Shown piece by piece: positions 1-11,500 of a DNA stretch of 64,000 nt (the stretch's first letter is position 1; each line of letters opens with the position of its first letter). Position numbers and translations under genes: made by a program. This DNA comes from a virus: positions 34,865 to 98,864 of the IMG/VR virus record IMGVR_UViG_3300027804_000052; one strand, given 5' to 3'. Under the pieces are notes generated by a model. That model made no database searches, was not told the DNA's origin, and worked only from the letters and a program-made list of their open reading frames with translations.

Positions 1-1
1 T

Positions 2-2095
2 TCTACAGAAGAAGGCGCAGATGTTAAATATGGTCAAGCAATAGCTGAGATAATGAAAGACGCCGATGCAGAAACTAGGGCAGGAATATCATCTTTGTTT
101 GATGAAGATTTAGCCAAAAAAAGTCGTCAAGCAATATTGAAGCAAGACACCATTGGTCAGTATATAAATAGATTGACTGTAGCTTCTGCTGGCGCTGATC
201 AGCAAGAGGCTATATTGGCTAGACTCCAGGGTAAAGTCGATGATAGTGTGTTGTCTGCCCTTAGAAATACTAAAATAGCAACATTTGCTCCTTCTGACGT
301 AGTTGACTTAATAGTCAACCTTAACGAAGGCATAGGTGTCGAGGGTGCAGAAAACTTGGAAAGACTCTATGCTGGAGCTATTGATAAAGAATCGGCAGCA
401 AAAGCTATTATGAAGATTTCTGGAATAGCAGAAGATGCAGGAGTTTCTGTCGTGGAAGCTACTGGAAGGCAGATGATTGATTCTAAATTTGAACTATTAG
501 GAAAACTTAGAGCTCTGGCTATGCAAAATTTAATAGATCAAGATGATTACAAAAACATGTTAGCCGGTATAGATAACGTTATAATAGATCAAAGACTAAA
601 AGGCGACGACGTAACAGGTGCTTTAAAATCTTTTCAGCGTGGATTTGACGACATGTCTGCGTCCACAAATGCTTCAAAAGACATGGTTCAATACTCAAAA
701 AGAATAAAAGATGCATTCAGTGGTGGCGATGAAGGGGGAATAAAAGAAAACCTAAAAGGCCTACTTGGCCTAGATGCCGAAAGTCCTTTTGCACACGCAT
801 CAAAAAGCGTAAAGCTTGGTCAACAAGCAAAAGATGCAATGGACGTGGTAGATAATGCTATATTTAAATTAAATCAGGTTGCTTACGCTGGTGAAATAGT
901 AAACTCGAGAGAGTCTTCAGTTATTGCTTCTAATATTTTGCAAGAAGCGGAGTCTATGATGCAAAGAAATAGTCAGATAATGAATCAGGTTATTCAGGCT
1001 GGAGACGAAGCAAGTGAATTTTTAAAGTACGAAGCTCCAAAAATGCAAGGGGAAGTTATTGATAAAGTTAGATCAATGATTTTTGAAGCATCTAACCAAT
1101 CAGAAGGTACAACTGTTAGACAATTGTTAGACGCAATGGAAATGCAAATGTCTGGTAGATATAAAGGCGTTAGAAGAATTATGTCTCAACCTGGATATTT
1201 AGATGAAAATACTTTGTTAAATATGTTTAGGGCTAGACAGCAAGAAAGAGCGGCTTCTTTTTTGAGTAGACAAGAAGGAATTTCTGACCTTACTGAGCAG
1301 TATGACGAAATGGTAAGAAATGTTGATTCTATGTCGATTGAAGAGAGAAGAGAAATACTAGCAATTGCAGAAGACATGATGGGTAAATCAAAAAGAGGTT
1401 CTGCAATAGTTGACGAGGATCAGTTTAGAATAGCTGCAGCACTTTTAGTTAACCCAGAAAAACAAGTGGGAGAACTTGGTCTTGATGAAGTAACAGAAAA
1501 AGCAGTAAGACAGATGAGAATGTTGCAGCAAGCTAGATCAACCATCACTGAATTAGGAATGGATGAAATACTTTCTTTTGGAGGAAGAGCTTCTGCAAGC
1601 GGATATGCTCCAGACGCAATTGATTTAACAGATGAAGAAAGAAGCAACTTATTTAGAGGGCTTGATGGAGAAGCTGCTGGTGAGACTCAAAGGCCAGTTG
1701 AAACCGGCTATAAAAGAATTGGAAAAGAATTCTTTGATAAACCAATAGTTAAAAAATCTGGATATGCAGTAGCTGGATTAATTGCTGCTAGCTTTATTTA
1801 TTCGGCTTCAAAAGATAGAAGTCAATCAGACATAGCTGGACCACCACTACTGCCCGGTGGTTCTGCTTATGAAGCAATGAATCAAAGGCAACCTCAAGTT
1901 CCTGAAGGGTCTATGTTTTCTGGATACAATCAAGGTGTCAGCTACAGTGTAAATATAGAGGGCTCAAGAGAGCAAGCTGAATCTTTTTCAAATTCTATAG
2001 GATCTGTTGCAAGAGGGGGCGTTAACAGTACTATGTATAGAGGACTGCCACAGTTGGGCAAAGATCCTTATTCTCAAATCGCCGGCTCCTATTAG
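2..2095 (+). CDS. C-terminal part of a large helical virion-associated protein (tape-measure-like), 5' truncated
   Basis: Frame is open from position 2 into the 53..2095 ORF. Ala/Glu/Met-rich helical composition, one hydrophobic segment (GYAVAGLIAASFIYSA) near the C-terminus, and it lies upstream of baseplate genes. Confidence 0.45.
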   Translation, partial: STEEGADVKYGQAIAEIMKDADAETRAGISSLFDEDLAKKSRQAILKQDTIGQYINRLTVASAGADQQEAILARLQGKVDDSVLSALRNTKIATFAPSDVVDLIVNLNEGIGVEGAENLERLYAGAIDKESAAKAIMKISGIAEDAGVSVVEATGRQMIDSKFELLGKLRALAMQNLIDQDDYKNMLAGIDNVIIDQRLKGDDVTGALKSFQRGFDDMSASTNASKDMVQYSKRIKDAFSGGDEGGIKENLKGLLGLDAESPFAHASKSVKLGQQAKDAMDVVDNAIFKLNQVAYAGEIVNSRESSVIASNILQEAESMMQRNSQIMNQVIQAGDEASEFLKYEAPKMQGEVIDKVRSMIFEASNQSEGTTVRQLLDAMEMQMSGRYKGVRRIMSQPGYLDENTLLNMFRARQQERAASFLSRQEGISDLTEQYDEMVRNVDSMSIEERREILAIAEDMMGKSKRGSAIVDEDQFRIAAALLVNPEKQVGELGLDEVTEKAVRQMRMLQQARSTITELGMDEILSFGGRASASGYAPDAIDLTDEERSNLFRGLDGEAAGETQRPVETGYKRIGKEFFDKPIVKKSGYAVAGLIAASFIYSASKDRSQSDIAGPPLLPGGSAYEAMNQRQPQVPEGSMFSGYNQGVSYSVNIEGSREQAESFSNSIGSVARGGVNSTMYRGLPQLGKDPYSQIAGSY

Positions 2096-2106
2096 GTTGA
2101 TTGTAT

Positions 2107-2571
2107 ATGATTCTTGGTGCAGATAATCAAAATAAAAACCTCAGGGCTGCATCGACCATTAAGGTTAACTCTACTGCAAAAACTAGAACTGCAAATCATT
2201 ATTCCGCTTCTATATCGAGTTCTAAGACAACAGATAATTCAAAATCAGCAAGAACCCAGCAAACTACAGTTCATCAATCTAGATCTAAAATAAATGACGG
2301 ACAGCCAGATCCTATAAGAGGGTCTATGGAAGGGTTGGACAATAGTAAGTCAACTCACATCCAAATGGATAATAGGGGTTACGACGCAAAGTCTTTACAG
2401 GGCGCAAGGTACAGGGATAAGGATAAGAAATTAAACCCAGCTATGGGAAGCTCACTTTCCTTTACAAATCTTCAAAATAAGAGTATAATGAATAACTACA
2501 GCGGAATTACCATGAGCGGTTCCTCTAGTGACAGAATGTCAAAAAACTTAAGACTTAACAGAATGTTCTGA
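2107..2571 (+). CDS. hypothetical protein (Ser/Asn/Lys-rich)
   Basis: ORF packed between flanking genes; ATG at 2107. Confidence 0.6.
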   Translation: MILGADNQNKNLRAASTIKVNSTAKTRTANHYSASISSSKTTDNSKSARTQQTTVHQSRSKINDGQPDPIRGSMEGLDNSKSTHIQMDNRGYDAKSLQGARYRDKDKKLNPAMGSSLSFTNLQNKSIMNNYSGITMSGSSSDRMSKNLRLNRMF

Positions 2572-2577
2572 TAAATT

Positions 2578-5500
2578 ATGGCTGAAACTTCAACTCAAAC
2601 TTTAGTAACTCCCTTCATGAAGGAGTTGACGGTACAAAAATACAATGCAATAGTGTCCGACGTTAATACTCTGTTGGAAGTTGCTTCTGCTGGACTAAAG
2701 GAACTCAAAAGGGTTATTTATGCAGACTCAAGTTCTGATTTTAAAAAAAGTTTTGATAATAAAAATGATAAAAATAACGTAAATTTTTACTTATGGCCAA
2801 CATTAATTTCTGGCTACACAGATTCCTTGTATGTTCAAATCCGTCCAGGAAAACAAAAAACAAGTGAAGAAATTATAAAAATTTATGATAAATATTTTAA
2901 GCTACTTTTTGAGGCGGGTTCAGGAAGCTCTTATACTTATAATAATAAAAAATATAATCCTCCACAATATCCAGTTTCAGAAAATGGAATATTACAAATA
3001 GATGATCAGTATTATAAGTCTTCATACTCACAGTATAAAAATGTAAAAACCCAAGACTCCTACGGCGCCGCAGCAATTGCCGACTACATGTTCAGGGCAT
3101 TTTTAGATAGAGAAAAGTTTACTGATCAACAAGCGGAAACGTATTTAACTTCCGCTTCAAAAATGTTAAGCGATAAGATACTTAACAATACGCAACTTAT
3201 GAGCTCTTCTTATTACCTTTCGGTAATGACAGTTCCAGGAGCAATTGGACGCCTAAGGGCAATTAAAGACAAGCTGCAAAATTATACCGTAGGTGAAAAT
3301 GACTTTAACTCTAACCCAGAATCTGATACTGCAGATAGAGGCAATACTTCACAATTAGAATCTCAATTCAATGGAATGCTCGCAACCGCTGATGTATTGT
3401 TTGATATAGAAGAATATATAATTAGAAAAATTCCTTCATCCTTGTATAGAAATGAGGAATATAAGGATAATATAAAGAGTTCATTTTATCGTTCTTTTAT
3501 AAAAAATGGTGAAGTACAGGTTTCATCAAATGATAAATATTTCAAAAATATTTGGAATAGAATAAAAACTAGTGGTTTATTAGATTTGGCTGTAAGCGCA
3601 GCATCAATTGGCGAATTTGCTAAAAAAAGATTTTCTGTTGGAAACAACCTATTGGACCCAGAACTAGGAAGTTCAAGGCAAGCTTTAGATCCAGTTAAGG
3701 ATACTATTTGGCTAAATGATTTAGTTATTGTAACTCAAAATCTTTCAAGAGACCCTTTAACTCTTGCTATAGTGCAGTCATACTTCCCTAATCTTTCTAC
3801 TTTATTCTTTAATGCGTCAGCAGCAGCAGCAGATTACTCTGGTGGTAGCGAAGACGATCCAATTAATAATATAGATGAATTAGCTAAATCTTTACTAAGA
3901 GCTTTTGGTACAGACAAAGATGGAAAGCCAATATTTAAACCAGCTTGGGAATTAATTAATACCGGACAAAGAATTAAAAGTGCACTAGAGGCATTTCCAT
4001 TTAGGGAAAACATTTCCCCAAAAACTCCAGACATATTTCATCTTAGATTAGGTGCGTCAAATTTTTATGTTCCACCAGTCTCTATTAATGTAAGCTCACA
4101 GTTTAAAACAGGTAGCTTAACATCCGGTGCTATTAGACAAAAAAATAGCCCTAAGTTCAACGCGGGCTATAAGGAAACAACTATAAGCGTAAAATTGTTT
4201 TTTCCAAACTATGAAGAAATTTGGGGCTTATCAATAGATGGCATTAAAGATGTTACTCTTAATAAAGATTTTAAAATAGACTTTAAAGAAGCTGGAAATG
4301 AAGAAAAAATAGATAAGTTTCTTTCCTCTCTTAGAGGTCTTGTGGCGTCATTTAAATATGCTCCAATACTCCCAATAAAAAGTCATTATCTAAATACTGT
4401 TCATGGAATTAGTGGCGTAGCACTTTCTTCAATGAGCATTTCGACTATTCCAAATTATCCGTTTGCCTTAGTTGTAGATCTTGAACTATTAAATTTTAAC
4501 CATAAGCCATTCTTGCCAATGATTAAAGATTTTAACCAAGCTGTTCATTGGGGTAAGTTTAGACATTACATGGGCAAAGCAGCAGGGAGCCTGCATAGTT
4601 ATATTAACGAATCATTTTTGCTACCAAAACCAGAAGACGATGCATTTGATCCGCAGTTTTCAGATCTCCCTGGAGACAGGGCAGTAGAAGTTCTTTCTAA
4701 TTCACAAGACAATAATTCAATGGAATTAGATTTAATTACGGATCCATATAAAGACGATGTGCTTACCACCAATGTAATTAAAGAATATACAAATGGCAAT
4801 AATATATCTTTGTTTATTCCAGAAAGAATACAAACTAAGATATTTACTCCAGACTCTTCTTCTTTTAGATCTGATGAAGAAAGATTATTAGACGATACTG
4901 GCCAGTCGATGTGGGACTCCCTACTTAAGATGATGGGAATAGACATTAATCAATCTGCTGGATATCATAGATCTTTAAATTCAGTTGTTCAAACTTCCAT
5001 AGAAGGTTCAGTAAGCCCCTCTGCAAGAAGAATTGTTTTAGAAAGTATAGAATTAATTACTGCTGGTATTGGTAAGGATACAATCAATGAAAAAGTATAT
5101 GATTTTTTCGCTAAAGCATTTGTTGCCGAGAACAAATCTAATTTAACTCAACAAGAAATTGATTACGTATTAAAGGATCCAAACAATCCACCAACGCAAG
5201 ACTATATTACAACAGCAACTACCTTTAAGTATAAGGGTAAAGATTTAAAGATGGGCGAAAATAACTATAGCCTTAAAGATGTTAGAAATCTTTTTACTCA
5301 AGCATCAACAAGTACAGAGGAAACTTTAAATAAGCTTGCTCAAGAAGAAGCGGAAAGAAAAGCTAATACCACAGGAAGGCCCGTAGAAGATTTTGTAGAC
5401 CAAGCAAAAGAAGATATAGCTAGAGCGTTTAATGTTCTTGTATACAATAGATTCTTTAAGAGTGGTCCAATTAAAGAGTTAATGGAAGCTAAGAGATTAA

Positions 5501-8500
5501 GACAAGCAAACTATCAATTTAATGAATGGGAAGTTCCCATGTTTAAAGTAGACCTTGATCCTAAAGCTGTTATCGTAAATGGTGTTTCCGTAACTCTTGG
5601 AAACAACCTCGCCAAACTGCAACTTCAAATGCAAGAAGAGCCAACCTACCAGCATATTGGAGGTAAGGATTCTTATATAAATATTTCAATGACTGTATTT
5701 GGAGAAAAAGAATTAATAAAGCTAAGAAAAGTTTTTGAACATATTAATGGACTAGCTAGAATAGAGCACTCTACTGGTGTTATAGGTTTTATGGGTATCA
5801 AGAATATAGTTGCCGCTCTAGCTGGCATTAAGTACGTAATGCCCTTAAGTTATGAAGTTAATACTATTCCAAATTTTCCACACGTTTATGACGTAAGAAT
5901 GTCTCTTGTTGACTTTGATATTTTTCAACAGCAAAGAGAGACACTTTCGTCAAAGCAACAAAAAGATATGATAGAAACATTTGGAACAAAGAGAAACCCA
6001 TTTTTAAGAATTAAACAGCTATGGGGAGCTTTTAATGCATACCCAGATTTCCCTCTTTCTGTAAAAGATTCCAATGGAGAAGTTGTTGGATGTTTAGATC
6101 CAGATTATTATTTTAGATCTTTTGAAATGTTTGACGATGACATCATCGAACACCTTGCTCCACAGCAAGAAAAAATGAAGTCTTTTACCGTTACTCCAAA
6201 GCAACTTAATTCTCAGTCTACGACTGAACAGCAAAAGAATACTAACAAGATTCTTAATGATATTAAAACTATGGTTCAAAACAATGAGCTAAAGCAACTA
6301 AAAGAATATTTTGATAAAGAGCAAATAGGTTTACTTGAAGCATCTGCATATGTAGAAGGGGCAGTTCGAGAGTTTTTTAAAGGACAAAAGAAAAACCTGT
6401 TAATAGATTTTATTAAAGAATATCCAGACGTAGACGATAAGACTGCAGTTTTTGGTTTAACAGCTTCTCTTGGTTCTGGAAGTATAAAATTCAACACTGC
6501 AGTAGGAGACTTGTCATACAGTGACTCTAGCGCAACTCAACAAATTCAAAATATACTTGAAACTAAAGATTTAGTTATTTCAGAAGACGGCTATCTTAGT
6601 ATTGATCCCGACGAATTAACCATTCATCATACAATTACTTATATACCAGCAGAAGAAAACCCCTCAGATGATAAAATGCCAGCCTTCCTATACCATGCAA
6701 ATGGTTACCATTTAGGTTACGTAAGTAAGTCTAATAATAGATTTTATTTTACAATTGACGGAGTAAGGCCAACAAAAGCTAATTCTGGAGATGACACGGA
6801 TGGAAAGATCAATTTTGTCCCGATCGCTGTTCCATTTACAGATGCCGATGACCCTAGTAAAACATATAAAAAAGGCGAAGGCAGTGCTCATATAGATTCC
6901 CTTAAAGGAGCTGGATCAAACCTAGCAGACTTTAGTGACCCTTATTCAGGAAGTTCATCTGATTCACCAGAAGTTATGTCTACTCAGGCTGCAAATAGCA
7001 ATGTTGCAAAGCACTGGGAAAGAATGCTTATAGATACAAAGTATAGAGATATCTCAGGAAGAATGATTAGAGCCTTCCCAACGTACATGCTTTGGCTTAT
7101 TGATGAAGGTGGTTATTTTTCTGGAGTAAAGTTGTTTGACAACTTCTATGGTCTTCAATCAATTATAGATTTTTCCGTTGTTCAATCTGAAGATATTTTA
7201 GGTGATACTTTAATTCTTAGAGTTTCAAATATGTATTCCAAGTTAACAACAGCAGAGTCCACTAGAATCTTCGATGCAGAAGAAGAGTTTCAGAATGAAC
7301 AATTAACACAATTAGATGGAATTGAATCAGTTTTAGACAAAGCTCTTAACAGAGCTCGTAATATGGTTGGACACATGGAAAATACATATGTGGTTGACAT
7401 TAACAGTATAAGGCTCAAACCAGGTGTCAGAGTACACTTAAGAGGCGGATATGGAGCTAATCCAAACTCATTGCAAACTATATTTAATGGAACAATTACT
7501 TCTGTAGAAAATGGAGAAATAGTAACAATTACTGCTCAATCAGACGCTATCGAATTGAGCCCAATCGTTAACTCAACAAATAAAAAGGGAGACAGCGGTA
7601 AGATCGACGGTGGAATAAACACTGGATTCTGGCTGTCTGAGCCAAGAGATCTTATGGTTAGACTTTTGACAATGGGTTCATCAAGAACTCGTGAAGCAAT
7701 AGCGCACGCTACTAGAGGAAGAATATTCTCGGAAAATAAGTTTGGCATTAGACACTTTGGTCAAATACTCTATGAGCCACTTAACGATCTAGAAGCTGCA
7801 AAAAATGAAGCAGTTGTTTCTCAAGTCAAGGGTATATTTGATTCTTTAGGTGAAGCAAATGGAAAAACTTTTGGCATAGGATCTGCTATTAATGTGTTAG
7901 CAACTGGTGGAGATCAAGAAAGTGTTTTTGGAGTTGGTCCAGAAGTAAGGTCTGGTAGCATTTCTTTAATGAGAACATTGTGGGCAAACTTCAGTTCGCA
8001 AAGAGATTTTGAAATATTTAAGAGAAATATTTACCCAGGAAATGGAACAGGAATTGCTCAGTTCCTAGGCGGTGACCTTGGTGACGGATGGTCAACTGTA
8101 GCTAGCATTACACCTGAAGATAAACCTAATGAAAGACTAAATTACATTGGTAGGTTAACTGATTATTCATGGAATGAAATGACAGCAAATGCTGGCAGTG
8201 GAGTTTCAGCCGGAAACACCGATGCTAAAAATTTAATAGATGCAAATGGTCAACAAAATGAAGTAAGAAATAATAATAATTCAGCTGGATTTGCCAAGGT
8301 AGCTTTAAGCGGCGCTGTTGCAGCTGCTGGCATAGCCGTAACTGGAGGACTCGGTGCCCCAATAATTGGCGGAATACTCGCTGGTGGTGGTTTAGCTGGA
8401 GTTCTAAGCGGAAGAGGTGGAACTAATCTATTCAACGCAATGGGCATAACCTCTGGCCTAGATGATGACTTGCCAGGTTTAGATGAAGTTTCTTTTAGAG

Positions 8501-11500
8501 CACAAACATACATGAGAACTGTATGGGATCTTTTCCAAATGTGCGCAAGACTTCTCCCCAATTATATTGTTGCGGTAAGGCCATTTGAAGATAGATCTAC
8601 AGTATTCTACGGCAAACCACACTGGTTGTATACATCTGGAGTTGTACCCTTAACTACTGGATATCCGGGCACAAAAAGAGCAGAAGAACTTGGCATATCT
8701 TCTCCAAAGGAGTTGGATATAGATACTGTTCTTGAAAATACAATGAAAGAGCTTAATAAGAACTCTAATCCAATGGCTGATGCTTCCGCTTTTACGCAAG
8801 CAGATAGTTCTTTAATATCGATTGAGGATACATTATCGCAGCAAATGACAACAACGGAAGGTGGAGTTTTTATACCTGCAGACAAACTAAGGGACAATGC
8901 AGGTAAAAGCAGGGTTATAGCTTTTGGCTACAAGTCAACTATGGAATATAGGGATAATTCTGGAAATGCAATAGCTCAAATTCCAGAATCTTTCGGTTTT
9001 GCAACAGTTGGCTTTCACTTGCCTATATCAACAGAAGATTCAACGCAAATAACTCTTGATGAAAATCAATTAAAAAATCATAAACAAATAGACCAATTAC
9101 CCCTTAGATATAGATTTCCATTTTTTACTGATAGAGATGACAAAGTTGTATTAGAGGACTTTGCATATTATGCACTGGCTGATCAATTGGGCAAATGGGA
9201 AAACCACAAAGCTGACTACATGACTTTAGCAATTGATAGATGGAGTTACAATGAAGTTGGTGGCACAAAAGAAGAAACAAGGTGGGTAACTTTATTAAAG
9301 CTAGAAAGTGAACGCTACGCTGGAGTTAGCAATACAGTTGATTATTCAGCAGTCGAAAATGCAAACGGAATTCCACTTGCCCTTAAACTTAACGCATCCG
9401 GCATGCCGAGTTTTAAAGGAACAGAAACTCAAATAGCAGATACTTATATATTCCAAGAAAAACTTGGTGCAACAAGTGGATCCTCAGTTATCCGAATGCC
9501 ACTACCAGACAATCCGGGTTTAATACTTGACTCAAGTGAAACCAGGGCAGATGTTTATAATATCTTAAAAAATAATCCAGACTTTAATTCAAATGCAGCA
9601 GGGTTGAGAGATTGGAAGGCTCCAAAAACTCCAGAGGACGAACAGTTCTATATTGCCATGAGATGGCCATATAAGCCCTCGGATGGATTTTCCAATGAAA
9701 GCATAGAGCAGTTTATACAAAGTCAAGGCGGTTACGTCCCCGTTGGTAATGCTAAATCATATCAGGAAAGAAAAGTTATGGTTTATAGCCCAAGCACCGG
9801 TAAGGCTGTCGTATGTAGACCGGCATACTATCTTTGGGGCCAAGAGACAGTGAGAATAGCATCTCCATATGACAATACGGTTGAGAATGGAAATAGCACC
9901 GTATTTTCTACAGATAAATTTGGAAATACTGTGAGATCAAAACTTGACACCGGATCTCACTTCGGGGTTGGTGGCACTAACGCACTTCAGCTCGGAAAAG
10001 AAGCCCACCTCAGCGCAGTAGTCTCTCCTGACGCAGCGTACTATCTTGGTATGTTAAATCTTACGCAAAGTGAAAAAACTTTTTGGTCAGATGGAAGAAG
10101 TTCAAAATCAGAAGGCGACTGGCATGGAGCAGAAGACTCCATACAAATAACTGCTGCTACCGGAATTGCTCCTTTCCCAATTCCAAGAAAATGCTATTAT
10201 GCTTTTGTTCCAGACGATATGCCCGTAGGCGTTGTTCCGGATATAGTGCTTCCAGTAGATGAATTTGCTGCTCCTGGAGAAGAAGTTGTTCATGAGTTTG
10301 GTGGTGATAAAAAGATTATTTCTTTTGGAGTATTTAAGGGCAAGAGATTAACTAGAGTAAATCAAAGCTATAGTCCCACCGCACCTTCTGATGGAGATGC
10401 ATTTTTTGAATTCCGCTTAGCTGATAGTGTTGATATCGTCGATGCTATCAATTCAATTGGAAAACTAGAAATAGCTGGAAATATTCTTGGCGAAAATGGC
10501 GAGTTTGGTCCAGGAACAAAAGATTATTTTGATTTAGTTAAAAACGGTAATTACGAAGATTTAGATAATCTAAAAAACGTATTAAAAGAAGAAAAAAAAG
10601 ATAGATCAAGTTTTGCTGGAAAAAGATTTTCTCCAATTTTTGATGAAGCTGAACCAAAGTCTGTAGAAGCCAGAAAGTTTTATGACGAAGATTACTCTCA
10701 AGAAGTGTCAGTTATTGCAGGCAACGGCAGAACTTTACAACAGGCGATAGAAATATGGGACCAATTTAGGTCTGGTTATCATACATACGCAAAAGTTAAA
10801 GAAGCTTTCCAGAGAGCTTATGGTCTTCCAGCAGATGGTCCAGAAAGTGAACAAGAAATTGGAAGCTATCTTAGTGCAGGGTTCGGGCTTGCATCAAAGT
10901 TAGGTGATCAAGGAGTTACTACTGGAAATCAAAGTGGAAGACAATATATTGACAATCTTGAAAAAAGATACTCTACGCAAAATGCAGACAGTCAAGAATC
11001 AACAGCTGCTACAAATAAGAGTGTAAATAATTTATTTAAAAATTATGGAGACTCAGGCGGAACAGCAGAAGATGAATTTTCTTTACTTTTTGGTGATAGG
11101 TTTTTAGATTCACCTGACGTTCAAGGGCCAGCTTTACAGAATGGACAGGCTGTATACGCGCAAAAAATTGTTTCAGAAAAAACTAGACAAGGTTTAGAAA
11201 CTGCAAGAAAAAGTTTTATTGATAATCCGGATTCAAGCGTTGGTTTAATAAGTTACTTTAATGATTTATTAAATGATAAATTAGACAAAATATTAGGAAT
11301 TATTAGAGAGTCTTTAACTTTATCTGGGGTCTCTGAAAAAGAGGATCAAGATCAGTACATTGCATCAATTAAAACATCAAGGCAATTATTTTTGTTTATG
11401 GTTGGCGCATTTAGAAACAGAATGTGGTCTGATCCATACGCAAGAGCTTGGTTAGTGTTAAAACCTAACCGAAAATTTGCTGGCGATGATAACTGGGACT